Shown: in pieces, positions 50,002-58,589 of the stretch
Position numbering within the stretch: position 1 is the first letter of the stretch
How the letters are laid out: every line of letters begins with the position of its first letter
Notes under the pieces: generated by a model
Told to the model about the DNA's origin: nothing
Database searches by the model: none
The model's input: the letters and a program-made list of their open reading frames with translations, nothing else
Made by a program: the position numbers and the translations under genes
From: a virus
Virus record (IMG/VR): IMGVR_UViG_3300025400_000011
Span: 44,883-108,882 of that record
DNA: 64,000 nucleotides
Direction: 5' to 3' (one strand)

Positions 50002-50685
50002 TTATGGACTCGACTGAGAGATTGTTACATTGTTGGAACTACCAGTTAAGTTATATTGCAACGTTTGTGTTGTCGTACCGGATTGAGATACGGTCAAGTT
50101 GTTGCTATTACCGTTAACTGTTACTGTCTGGTTATGCCCAGATGTGCCTGTTACTAAACCTGTCTGAGTTAAAGCAAAAGTATTACTATTGCCAGCAACT
50201 GTATAGTCAAGTTTGTTATAGGAACCATTTGCTACACCAATGTCAAATGAGTTACTGTTACCAGCAACGTCAAATGCAAAGGTACCGTGAGCTGTAGTAG
50301 CTTGTGCTGTACCAGTATGTGTTCCGTCATTATTAAATACCATTGAGTTAGAACCACCAGCAAACACTGCACTAAAGTTATTATTAGCACCGTTCATAAA
50401 CAGCTTTTGAGTGTTGCTATCGCCAGTGTTCCATAACTTAAATGTGTAGTTGTCTCCAGTTAAATTGAAGTCAATAGCATTGTTATCACCAATTTGCTTG
50501 ATGTTGAAGGTACCATTATCACCGGTAATGGTGGATTGGGACCCGTTTGCGCCGATCCTGTTAGATGCGCCTGTTTGAGTAACAGTGTCTGTAGCAGAGG
50601 TCGAAATCTGATCCAAGTAGATCTGATTTTGAGCCTTTACCGAGACAGCTAATACTACAAAGAGTAATAGTGTTAAGTATTTCAT
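50002..50685 (-). CDS. Secreted curlin-like beta-solenoid protein
   Basis: Signal peptide (..VKA|Q); ~11-aa half repeats ending G-x-x-N (QTGASN, QIGDNN, NTGDSN, VAGNSN, VNGNSN, LTGSSN); downstream of csgF-csgG. Confidence 0.7.
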   Translation of the reverse strand: MKYLTLLLFVVLAVSVKAQNQIYLDQISTSATDTVTQTGASNRIGANGSQSTITGDNGTFNIKQIGDNNAIDFNLTGDNYTFKLWNTGDSNTQKLFMNGANNNFSAVFAGGSNSMVFNNDGTHTGTAQATTAHGTFAFDVAGNSNSFDIGVANGSYNKLDYTVAGNSNTFALTQTGLVTGTSGHNQTVTVNGNSNNLTVSQSGTTTQTLQYNLTGSSNNVTISQSSP

Positions 50686-50705
50686 AGGGGTGTTGCCAAT
50701 ACTTA

Positions 50706-51533
50706 TTACTTTTTACTATTAAAGTTATTACTTCCGTTAACTTTAAACTTCCATAACCCTTTGTGCTCTCCCTGATGGATAAGTTCTATAACACTTTGAT
50801 CTATAGCGGCTCTCAGTGCTAGATTTACTGGCTCATTACCAGCTGCACCAAGTTCTGCTTCACCATATTTTGTTCCATCACTTGAAAATGCCAATGCATT
50901 ACCACTTATTGTAGCACTATATATTGTTTTGGTAACAGCAACGGATATTAATACTTCTCCGGTGTTAGTGCTTACCAACCTTAAACTTGTTGTAATAACA
51001 TCTTTGGAGTATTGTACATTAGCGCCAATACCTAATATGCTTGCCCCATACCCGCCTGTTTGTACATCTGTATCATAACCTATAATACCACCTTCAGCAA
51101 TAACACCTGCAAATAACATTGGTCTTAGTGCACCAGGGGTCTTGTCACTTAAAAAGTCTTCTCTTGTTTGACGATAAAGAGTTCTCTCTTTAATTAAGTC
51201 GTCAAGGTTAGCTCTTTCTAATACTTTAAACCACTTACCGTAGCTTGCCTGTTGTAAAGAGTCTATAAGCCAACTCTCAGCACCTTGAGTTACAGCAGAA
51301 CTGAACAAAGCTAAATTAGTAGCTGTCTTACGTTGACCGGTTTTATCTTCGAACCTATACACAGCAACTGTCATAGTGGGACCGTCAATAGGCGGTAATG
51401 CCTTTAACTGTAAGGACAAAGGACTCTCTTGTACTTCTGGTTTCTCTATGATACGCTTATGCTGAGCAGCTACTCTTAAAGTAGAGCACCCTGAAGTAAG
51501 GAGCAGCAGAAATGCTAAAACAAAATACTTCAT
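50706..51533 (-). CDS. csgG: Curli secretion channel CsgG-family lipoprotein
   Basis: Lipobox LTSGC; VAVYRFEDKTGQRK...FSSAVTQGA...WFKVLER..LDDLIKER...EGGIIGYD...LRLVST.TGEVL.SV...KTI...NEPV.LALRAAI. Confidence 0.92.
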   Translation of the reverse strand: MKYFVLAFLLLLTSGCSTLRVAAQHKRIIEKPEVQESPLSLQLKALPPIDGPTMTVAVYRFEDKTGQRKTATNLALFSSAVTQGAESWLIDSLQQASYGKWFKVLERANLDDLIKERTLYRQTREDFLSDKTPGALRPMLFAGVIAEGGIIGYDTDVQTGGYGASILGIGANVQYSKDVITTSLRLVSTNTGEVLISVAVTKTIYSATISGNALAFSSDGTKYGEAELGAAGNEPVNLALRAAIDQSVIELIHQGEHKGLWKFKVNGSNNFNSKK

Positions 51534-51988
51534 TAACCCCCTCCTGGTACAGTTAGTAGTGTACTAATTGGTATGGTCAACGTTGAAGTTGAGTTAGCAA
51601 CAGGATCAAATATACTTAAAGTAGCACTACCATTATCAACACTCCAATTAACATAAGCCCCGCCTGGTAAGTTAAATGTACCAAACGATGGACCGTTTGT
51701 CTGGAATATTTGATTAGTTAACTGAGCGGCTATTTGAGAATAAATACGAGCATTTAAGTTACCAATAAACTGATTAATAGGGGTGTTTTGTGCCGCTGCA
51801 GCTGCTGTTGCTGCTGTGGCTTCTGCTTGAGCCTGAATGGTTACCTTACGATTATATGCTAAAGATTCTATTGTGAGTTCGTGATTAGAATACCCAACAC
51901 CGCTAAAAGCAGGAGACTTAAATTGGAAAGTCTGTTGTGTTGCGTTGGCAAGACTTGCCATAAATGCTAATAATAGCAGGTATTTCAT
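51533..51988 (-). CDS. csgF: Curli assembly accessory protein CsgF-like
   Basis: Signal peptide then FQFKSPAFSG (CsgF F.NP.FGG equivalent); QF...L..RIYSQIA.QL; coupled to csgG. Confidence 0.78.
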   Translation of the reverse strand: MKYLLLLAFMASLANATQQTFQFKSPAFSGVGYSNHELTIESLAYNRKVTIQAQAEATAATAAAAAQNTPINQFIGNLNARIYSQIAAQLTNQIFQTNGPSFGTFNLPGGAYVNWSVDNGSATLSIFDPVANSTSTLTIPISTLLTVPGGG

Positions 51989-51993
51989 ATCTA

Positions 51994-52007
51994 TATTTAG
52001 CTAAGTA
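51994..52007. promoter_or_regulatory. Back-to-back divergent late promoters TATTTA-GC-TAAGTA
   Basis: Minus copy is 5 nt upstream of csgF ATG; plus copy precedes the small ORF and cNMP-binding gene. Confidence 0.6.
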
Positions 52008-52027
52008 TGTGTACACCCCTAACACCT

Positions 52028-52219
52028 ATGAACGAACAATTCACTAGAACTCTACCTGTATACTTTCCTTCCAAGGACTTTATGACAGTTCTTAAACCAG
52101 ACAATAAAATCTTATTGACTGATATACCAGCAAGCAAGTTACGCTCTAAACAGAACCAAATGTACGTGTTAGCTGATACTTCTGAGGGCTCAGTGCTTGT
52201 ACCAGTAGATAATGGTTAA
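52028..52219 (+). CDS. Small hypothetical protein (start 52028 or 52007)
   Basis: ATG 52007 overlaps the promoter, so ATG 52028 is preferred. Confidence 0.5.
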   Translation: MNEQFTRTLPVYFPSKDFMTVLKPDNKILLTDIPASKLRSKQNQMYVLADTSEGSVLVPVDNG

Positions 52220-52874
52220 AGAGAAAAAAGCTAAGAAGATTAAAATTAAGCCCGAAGAGATAATGACTTCGGCGTTATTTGCTGGAGTTAATCCAAAGGT
52301 TATTAAGAAGATAGCTACCTTTCCAAATGCATTAGAACATCAACCTGGAGAGGTTATTATAAAAGAGGGTGATATCGGCAACTTTATGTTCGTAGTATTA
52401 CAGGGACAAGTAGATGTAACTAAAGCTGCAGGTGGTAAAGAGGTCTTCCTTACTACATTAGGGCCTGGCACGTTTGTAGGAGAAGGTGCTTTAGTATCCG
52501 GTGCACCTCGTAACGCTACTGTTAAAGCTAAAACCCCAGTTAAGATTGCATACTTTGATAGAGCTGCTTATAACGCTACAATTTCAGCTGATCCGATTAT
52601 ATCAGATACACTGATGAAAGTGTATAAGGAGCGTGTAAAGGATCAAGTTAAAAAGGTCAATATAGCTAAATCAAAAGCATTTATTATTTCTGCTGCAGTT
52701 GCTTTAATACCGTTGATTCAAACATTTTTGCCTCATATACCTCATATAAAAGATTTATATAATATGCTACCGCCAGGAACAGTCGCGTTATTAGGACCGG
52801 GTGGTGCTGCTTTAGCTTATAAACTACAACAAGGTGATATGGCAAGTTTAGTAGGTAAACTTGATAAACTCTGA
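52212..52874 (+). CDS. Cyclic-nucleotide-binding domain protein with C-terminal hydrophobic helices
   Basis: GEVIIKEGDIG..MFVVLQGQVDV...LGPGTFVGEGAL...PRNATVKA phosphate-binding cassette; no CRP HTH. Confidence 0.88.
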   Translation: MVKEKKAKKIKIKPEEIMTSALFAGVNPKVIKKIATFPNALEHQPGEVIIKEGDIGNFMFVVLQGQVDVTKAAGGKEVFLTTLGPGTFVGEGALVSGAPRNATVKAKTPVKIAYFDRAAYNATISADPIISDTLMKVYKERVKDQVKKVNIAKSKAFIISAAVALIPLIQTFLPHIPHIKDLYNMLPPGTVALLGPGGAALAYKLQQGDMASLVGKLDKL

Positions 52875-52907
52875 TTGATTTCTTAAGGTTTCTTCTTATG
52901 TATAGGT

Positions 52908-53672
52908 ATGAAGAAAATCTTAATAATGGGATTACCTGGCGCTGGCAAAACAACTCTAGCAATAGAGTTAGCAAAACTGCTTAACGCTGTACACTTTAAC
53001 GCTGATGAAATACGCAAAGAGATTAATAAGGATCTTAAGTTTTCCGTGGAGGATCGATTGGAGCAAGCCCGAAGAATGGGATTGCTTTGTGATATCGTTA
53101 CTCGTTCTGGGCAATTTGCTGTGGCTGATTTTATTTGTCCTATTCCTGAAACGAGAGCTGCTTTTGGGGACGCATTTATAGTTTGGGTAAATAGAACACC
53201 GGTTAGAGACTTTGCCGATACAACTAAGCTATTTGTACCACCAGATGATCCAGATGTAGTAGTAAATGATGAAGGTTCAGCTCTATACTGGGCTACTAAA
53301 ATTAAAAAACAGCTTATTCCTACCTTTAATTCGAAAGCATCTACAGCATTTATGTTAGGTCGTTATCAACCATTTCACGATGGCCACAAAGCACTTATTG
53401 TAGAAGGTATTAATCGGGTCGGTCAAGTTTGTATTGCTATTAGAGATACTCAGGGCACTGATGAAAAGAATCCTTTCTCGTTTGAAGAGGTAGAAGCTAA
53501 TATACGTAAAGGTATGCTTGATTATGAAGGCAAATACACTATAATACGTGTTCCTAACATTACTAACATATTCTATGGTAGAGATGTAGGTTATAAGATT
53601 GAGCAGATTGATCTCGATAAGAAATTACAAGAAATATCAGCAACTAAAATACGCAACGAAATATTAAAGTAA
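52908..53672 (+). CDS. APS-kinase-like P-loop domain fused to HxGH nucleotidyltransferase
   Basis: GLPGAGKTT...NADEIR...FS.EDR; GRYQPFHDGH...ISATKIR. Confidence 0.8.
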   Translation: MKKILIMGLPGAGKTTLAIELAKLLNAVHFNADEIRKEINKDLKFSVEDRLEQARRMGLLCDIVTRSGQFAVADFICPIPETRAAFGDAFIVWVNRTPVRDFADTTKLFVPPDDPDVVVNDEGSALYWATKIKKQLIPTFNSKASTAFMLGRYQPFHDGHKALIVEGINRVGQVCIAIRDTQGTDEKNPFSFEEVEANIRKGMLDYEGKYTIIRVPNITNIFYGRDVGYKIEQIDLDKKLQEISATKIRNEILK

Positions 53673-53673
53673 T

Positions 53674-54390
53674 ATGCAAGGTAAGGTCGCCATAGTAATG
53701 CCTTATTATAATGATAAGGAGTTACTCGCTAAAGCTGTAATGGGTATTCTCGGTCAAAATTACTATGACTGGGAACTATTCCTTGTTGATGATGGCTCAG
53801 TACCTGGTAATAGAGCCTGGGACATATTACCAAGCAATATAACTAGTAGAGTAAGAGTAGTACAAAAACCTAATGGCGGGGTTTGTTCAGCTCGTAATGC
53901 AGCGCTTAATATTATACGTCTTGAAAAAAGACATGATTATGTAGCGTATTGTGATGCTGACGATGTATGGGACGAAACTTATTTAGTACAACAACAAGCC
54001 CTATTAGACGAAAATACTGATTTTGTATACTCTGCAGTAACTTGTAAGTTTGTAGATGGTTCACCTGCTTATCCTTTTGGTATACCTTTCTTTGAAGAGT
54101 GGCCCGGTTTAGAAACTTTATTTAAGTGTAACTTTATCTTTATATCTGGTGTAATGCACAAGATAAAATGTTTAGATGTAGGGGACTTTGACCCTACTTT
54201 AAACTCTATTGAAGATTGGGACTATTGGTGTAGAATAGCTAAAGCAGGTTATAATGTAAAGCGTAACAAAAATGCGCATTTTACATACACTGTAAAAGCT
54301 AACGGTAATGGTGGTAGAAGTAATGCTACAATATACAACGCGTTTTTTAAAAAACATGATCTCCTTAATAACACCAACCCACAAGCCTGA
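53674..54390 (+). CDS. Glycosyltransferase family 2
   Basis: VMPYYN...VDDGS...NGGVCSARN...YCDADD...EDWDYW. Confidence 0.9.
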   Translation: MQGKVAIVMPYYNDKELLAKAVMGILGQNYYDWELFLVDDGSVPGNRAWDILPSNITSRVRVVQKPNGGVCSARNAALNIIRLEKRHDYVAYCDADDVWDETYLVQQQALLDENTDFVYSAVTCKFVDGSPAYPFGIPFFEEWPGLETLFKCNFIFISGVMHKIKCLDVGDFDPTLNSIEDWDYWCRIAKAGYNVKRNKNAHFTYTVKANGNGGRSNATIYNAFFKKHDLLNNTNPQA

Positions 54391-55570
54391 TTTTTTACTG
54401 AGACTTTACGAGTCTCTTAAAATACAGACATGTAAAGATTTTGAGTGGGTAGTGGTACCTAATAATAACGCTGATGTATCGTTTTTACCTAAAGAAGACT
54501 GGATACGTATTGTACCTTATACTGAAGCAAGTACCTTAATAGGTGCTGTTAAAAACTTCGCTTTTAATCAAGGTAAAGGTGAATGGTTGGTAGAGGTAGA
54601 CCATGATGATGAGTTAACTTCAGATTGTGTAGAAGAGCTAATAAAAGCAGCTAAAGAAAATAAGTGGGATTTTATTTATTCAGACTCTTTAGATATAATG
54701 CCTGATAATACATCTAATATCTTTAACCCGGCTATGAACTGGAAACAATATACATATGTATATAAAGGTGTGCAGTATGTAGTCAATAAAACATTTTCTC
54801 CAATGCCGCAATCAGTATCACGTATCTGGTTTGCACCAAATCATATTAGAGCATGGAATAGAGATTTTTACAAACGCATTGGCGGGCACGATACAACTTT
54901 AAAAGCACTAGATGATCAAGACTTAATGTGCCGTACCTATATAGAGGGTTCTATGTTTAAAATAGAAAAAGTACTCTATGCATATTATTATCATAATAGC
55001 AACTCTTTTGCTTCTCAAGAACTAAACACGTGGATACAACAATATACTATGATACTGTATGAAAAGTATATTGAGCAGTTAATGTTAAAGTGGTGTAAAA
55101 CAAATAACTTAATGGCTGTAGATATCAATAAGAGAGGTACAAGACCAGGGTACACTAAAGTTAATCTTGATACTGATATTTTTATTTTAAAAAATAACTC
55201 TATTGGATTGATAGTAGCAGAGGATGCACTACAGTTGTATAAAGACTCGGAATCGGTTATGTTAAAAATATGGAACATATTAGCTGATGGGGGTATGTTA
55301 CTGTCCAATACTCCTTCTACTGATGGTAGAGGTGCATGGCAAGACCCTAAGCATATATCGTTTTGGAACTCTAACTCATTTTGGTATTACACAAAAAGTC
55401 AATGCGCTAGTATTTTACCCACACCTGTTAAGTTCCAAGCTACACATATAAAGAACTGGTATCCAACAGATTTCCATAAAGAACATAAAATAGATTATGT
55501 TATGGCTCACTTAACTGCTTTAAAAAGTGATATGTTACGTAGTGTGTTACCTGGATTAACTGAGATTTAA
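54356..55570 (+). CDS. GT2 fused to methyltransferase-like C-terminal domain (start revised to 54356)
   Basis: MISLITPTH...EVDHDD...DDQDL; C-terminal L.DGG.L...PSTDGRGAWQDP.H.SFWN. Confidence 0.8.
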   Translation: MISLITPTHKPDFLLRLYESLKIQTCKDFEWVVVPNNNADVSFLPKEDWIRIVPYTEASTLIGAVKNFAFNQGKGEWLVEVDHDDELTSDCVEELIKAAKENKWDFIYSDSLDIMPDNTSNIFNPAMNWKQYTYVYKGVQYVVNKTFSPMPQSVSRIWFAPNHIRAWNRDFYKRIGGHDTTLKALDDQDLMCRTYIEGSMFKIEKVLYAYYYHNSNSFASQELNTWIQQYTMILYEKYIEQLMLKWCKTNNLMAVDINKRGTRPGYTKVNLDTDIFILKNNSIGLIVAEDALQLYKDSESVMLKIWNILADGGMLLSNTPSTDGRGAWQDPKHISFWNSNSFWYYTKSQCASILPTPVKFQATHIKNWYPTDFHKEHKIDYVMAHLTALKSDMLRSVLPGLTEI

Positions 55571-55584
55571 ACTTAAATATTTCT

Positions 55585-56610
55585 ATGCACGAAACTATCA
55601 GCAACATGTTTTTAGGTTACATTGATATTAACGAAAATGTTAGTAACTTTGTAAACGAGTTTAATAAAGATATTAATCCAGAAGGTTTAGGTAAACGTAT
55701 TGAAGGTTGGGCTGTAGACATTTCAACAGATGCTCCATTAACTGCTGGAGACTTTAAAGTAGGTAGTACAGGTAACAAAGAACAAAAAGTTACATTTGGT
55801 GTAACTATGGTAGAAAGACCAGATGTTGCAAAGTTTTATAATAAAAACGAAAACGACAACAACTCATTAAAATATCTTAAGAGTGGGTTTGCTATCACGT
55901 TTGATTTGATACCTGGAGAATATGCTATAGTTATAAGAGAAAAACCAGTGTTTACTATTTCTATAACAAATGATAAAGAAGTAGTCAATATTATAGATGG
56001 TACTTTAAGACTCAATACAAATGCTAAACCTGAGTTAGTAGTTGTAGATAACTTTTACAAAGACCCAGACGCAGTAAGAGAATTTGCTTTAAAACAAGAT
56101 TTTCAAGCTAATGAAAAATATCATAAAGGTTCGCGTACTGTAAAGAGTTTTGTACCAACCTGGCTAAAAGATGAACTTGGTAGGTTATTAAACATGGAAG
56201 TGTCTGAGTTCTATGGTGCTAATGGGGTGTTTCAATATTGTGTTGCAAAAGATCCTATTGTCTATCATTATGATACTCAACATTATGCTGCTATGGTTTA
56301 CTTAACACCAAATGCTCCACTACAAACTGGTACTTGTACATATCGTAGCAAAATAACAGGTTTATACGGAGCTGCTACTGAAGAAGATGCATTACGCCTT
56401 GGCAAAACAACATACGATTTAGATTATGCAAGCTTTAATGGTAACAACTTTTATGATAAACATAATATGGAGCTTGTAGATTCTGTAGCTAACGTTTATA
56501 ATAGATTAGTTATTTTTAATGCACGGTCTTTACATTCAGCTACAAGTTACTTTGGAGATACTAAAGAAAATGGTAGATTGTTTCAACTGTTCTTTTTTAA
56601 TGTAAAATGA
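55585..56610 (+). CDS. 2OG-Fe(II) oxygenase-like protein (DUF6445-like) with extra N-terminal domain
   Basis: VVDNFY.DPD.VR; HYD; YLTP; YNRLVIF...HSA..YFG...RLFQLFF; TAAATA 5 nt upstream. Confidence 0.75.
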   Translation: MHETISNMFLGYIDINENVSNFVNEFNKDINPEGLGKRIEGWAVDISTDAPLTAGDFKVGSTGNKEQKVTFGVTMVERPDVAKFYNKNENDNNSLKYLKSGFAITFDLIPGEYAIVIREKPVFTISITNDKEVVNIIDGTLRLNTNAKPELVVVDNFYKDPDAVREFALKQDFQANEKYHKGSRTVKSFVPTWLKDELGRLLNMEVSEFYGANGVFQYCVAKDPIVYHYDTQHYAAMVYLTPNAPLQTGTCTYRSKITGLYGAATEEDALRLGKTTYDLDYASFNGNNFYDKHNMELVDSVANVYNRLVIFNARSLHSATSYFGDTKENGRLFQLFFFNVK

Positions 56611-57179
56611 AAGTAGGTAGGCATACCTATGGTACAGAGTTTCTTACTGTTCACCCTTTTGGTTCTAATGCTGAACTATATATCGGTAGTTTTTGTAGTA
56701 TAGCAGGTAACGTAAAAATATTTCTAGGTGGTAATCATAGAACTGATTGGATTAGCACTTTTCCTTTTAGTATAATAAAAAAAGAAGAGTTTAAGAAATA
56801 TCAAAATATTGACTTCAATAAAAGCAAGGGCGATGTAATAATAGGTAATGATGTGTGGATAGGGCATAGTGCAACAATCATGTCAGGTGTTACTATTGGA
56901 GATGGTGCAGTAGTTGGAGCAGAAGCAGTTGTAACTAAAGATGTTGCACCATATACTATAGTAGTAGGTAACCCAGCTAAGCCGGTGAAAAAACGTTTCT
57001 CAAGAGAAGTTATTAATACTTTACTCGAAATTAAGTGGTGGGAATGGAGTGATGAAGTTATTAATGAAGTAGTTCCTTATCTTTGTACGAATGATACCGT
57101 TAATATTATTGCTGCAGCTGAAAAATTAAAAGAAATAAAAGCAGAAGTAGATAAAGAGTGGATAAACCCGTTTATCTAA
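56607..57179 (+). CDS. Hexapeptide-repeat O-acetyltransferase (CatB/Vat-like)
   Basis: IGSFCSIA...GGNHR..W.ST.PF...IGNDVWIG...[27 protein letters not shown]...KWWEW. Confidence 0.88.
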   Translation: MKVGRHTYGTEFLTVHPFGSNAELYIGSFCSIAGNVKIFLGGNHRTDWISTFPFSIIKKEEFKKYQNIDFNKSKGDVIIGNDVWIGHSATIMSGVTIGDGAVVGAEAVVTKDVAPYTIVVGNPAKPVKKRFSREVINTLLEIKWWEWSDEVINEVVPYLCTNDTVNIIAAAEKLKEIKAEVDKEWINPFI

Positions 57180-57187
57180 AATAAAGC

Positions 57188-57223
57188 TTGATCTTTAAGT
57201 ATAAAGTACCGATAATAGGTACT
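57188..57223 (+). promoter_or_regulatory. Sigma70-like promoter TTGATC-N17-GATAAT, -10 flanked by AGTACC/GGTACT
   Basis: Near-identical to 26269-26303; ATG 57224 is 7 nt after the -10 box. Confidence 0.7.
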
Positions 57224-57400
57224 ATGAAACGCATTAAACACATCCCTAACGACGAACTTTATTTTAACTTACGTCAACTTAGTGAAGTAGCTAAAGTTGT
57301 TGCATATGCAGGTAGCAACGAAGAAGCTGAATACTTCACAGTAAATTATTTACGCCCTATAATAGAGAAAACTGAAAAACTTCTCAGTGTAAAGTCGTAA
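57224..57400 (+). CDS. 58-aa hypothetical protein (start revised)
   Basis: The tracked TTG start is the -35 box; ATG 57224 fits the promoter. Confidence 0.65.
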   Translation: MKRIKHIPNDELYFNLRQLSEVAKVVAYAGSNEEAEYFTVNYLRPIIEKTEKLLSVKS

Positions 57401-57427
57401 TGGTGGAGGTTAATCCGATTAATCCAG

Positions 57428-57460
57428 AAACCCCTACAGCAATGTAGGGGTTTTTATTTT
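57428..57460 (+). terminator. Intrinsic terminator (GCAA tetraloop)
   Basis: AAACCCCTACA-GCAA-TGTAGGGGTTT plus T-run. Confidence 0.85.
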
Positions 57461-57503
57461 GACTGTAAAACTTTATTTAAGTAGAGTTTTTACGAAAATA
57501 ATA

Positions 57504-57511
57504 TATAAATA
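57504..57511 (+). promoter_or_regulatory. Consensus T4 late promoter TATAAATA
   Basis: 10 nt upstream of ATG 57522. Confidence 0.7.
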
Positions 57512-57521
57512 TATTTGACCT

Positions 57522-58589
57522 ATGGCAAACACAATTGAATCCTTAGCCGCACGTTTAACTGCGGTAGAAACCAAATTAACCACGCTGGCAGGCCTACAGG
57601 CTCCTGGCGTTGATGCTGCTAGCATCCAAGAACTAGACACTCGTCTTACTATTGTTGAAAAAACAGTAAACGATCTCGTCGCAAAACCAGCTGCTGATGC
57701 AGTTGCTGCTATTGTAGCTGCTCCAGCTACCCAAGCACCAGCTCCAGTTGATGCTGTCGTCGCTTTAAGCCCGTCTGCTGCAGTACCTGCTGCTGCTGAT
57801 ATTGTATCAGATGTAGTTGCTGCTCAAGCCGCTGCACCTGCTGTTGCTAACCCAGATGTTGCTGCAGCTGTTAGTGCCGCAGTTACTGCTGTAGTTACAG
57901 CTGATCCTGCTACAGTACAAGATCCAGTAGCAGTTACAGCTGCTATTACTGATGCAGTTGCTGCTGCTCCTGCTATTACAGATCCTGTTCAAGCTCAAGC
58001 TGCTACTGATGCTGTTGCTGCTGTTGTTACAGCTGCTACAGGCACAGCTCCAAGCGATACTACTACAGCCGCTGTTGCTGACGCAGTTGCTGCTTGTCCA
58101 GTAACTAATACAGTTGCAGATATCGTTGCAGCTGATCCAGTTCCACCTGCTACAGCTCAAGCAGTTGCTGCAAGCGTAGTAGCAGATAGCTCAAGCGCAG
58201 ATGTTCCTGCTGCTGCAACCGTTGTAACTAACGTTGTTGCTGATGTTGCACAAGCACCTGCAGCAGATCATCCTGATGTTGTTGCTGCTGTATCAACAGC
58301 TGTTGCTGCAGTTGTTAATGCAGACCCTGCTACTGTAACTGATCCAGTTGCTGTAACAGCTGCTATCACTGATGCAGTTGCTGCACTACCTGCTCCTGCT
58401 GCAGCAGTACAAGACCAAGTAACAGCTGCTGTTGTTAATGTTGTTGCTTCTGCTACTGGTGTTGATACAGTTGCTCCTGCTGTTGTTGCACAAGTTGCTG
58501 ATGCAGTACAAGCTGATCCAGCACTTGATGCTATTGCTGATCGTTTAACAACAGTTGAAACACAACTCGGTACGTTGGGAAAATCGTAA
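57522..58589 (+). CDS. Ala/Val/Asp/Thr/Pro-rich protein with terminal coiled coils (short form, 355 aa)
   Basis: No F/W/Y; RLTAVE, RLTIVE and RLTTVE motifs; internal duplication. Confidence 0.85.
   Translation: MANTIESLAARLTAVETKLTTLAGLQAPGVDAASIQELDTRLTIVEKTVNDLVAKPAADAVAAIVAAPATQAPAPVDAVVALSPSAAVPAAADIVSDVVAAQAAAPAVANPDVAAAVSAAVTAVVTADPATVQDPVAVTAAITDAVAAAPAITDPVQAQAATDAVAAVVTAATGTAPSDTTTAAVADAVAACPVTNTVADIVAADPVPPATAQAVAASVVADSSSADVPAAATVVTNVVADVAQAPAADHPDVVAAVSTAVAAVVNADPATVTDPVAVTAAITDAVAALPAPAAAVQDQVTAAVVNVVASATGVDTVAPAVVAQVADAVQADPALDAIADRLTTVETQLGTLGKS

Noticed and set aside
52212-52874. CRP/FNR transcription factor
   Set aside because: The cNMP domain is followed by hydrophobic helices, not an HTH.
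56607-57179. Chloramphenicol/streptogramin resistance gene (catB/vat)
   Set aside because: The fold is shared with sugar O-acetyltransferases and the context is a glycosyltransferase cluster; resistance is unsupported.
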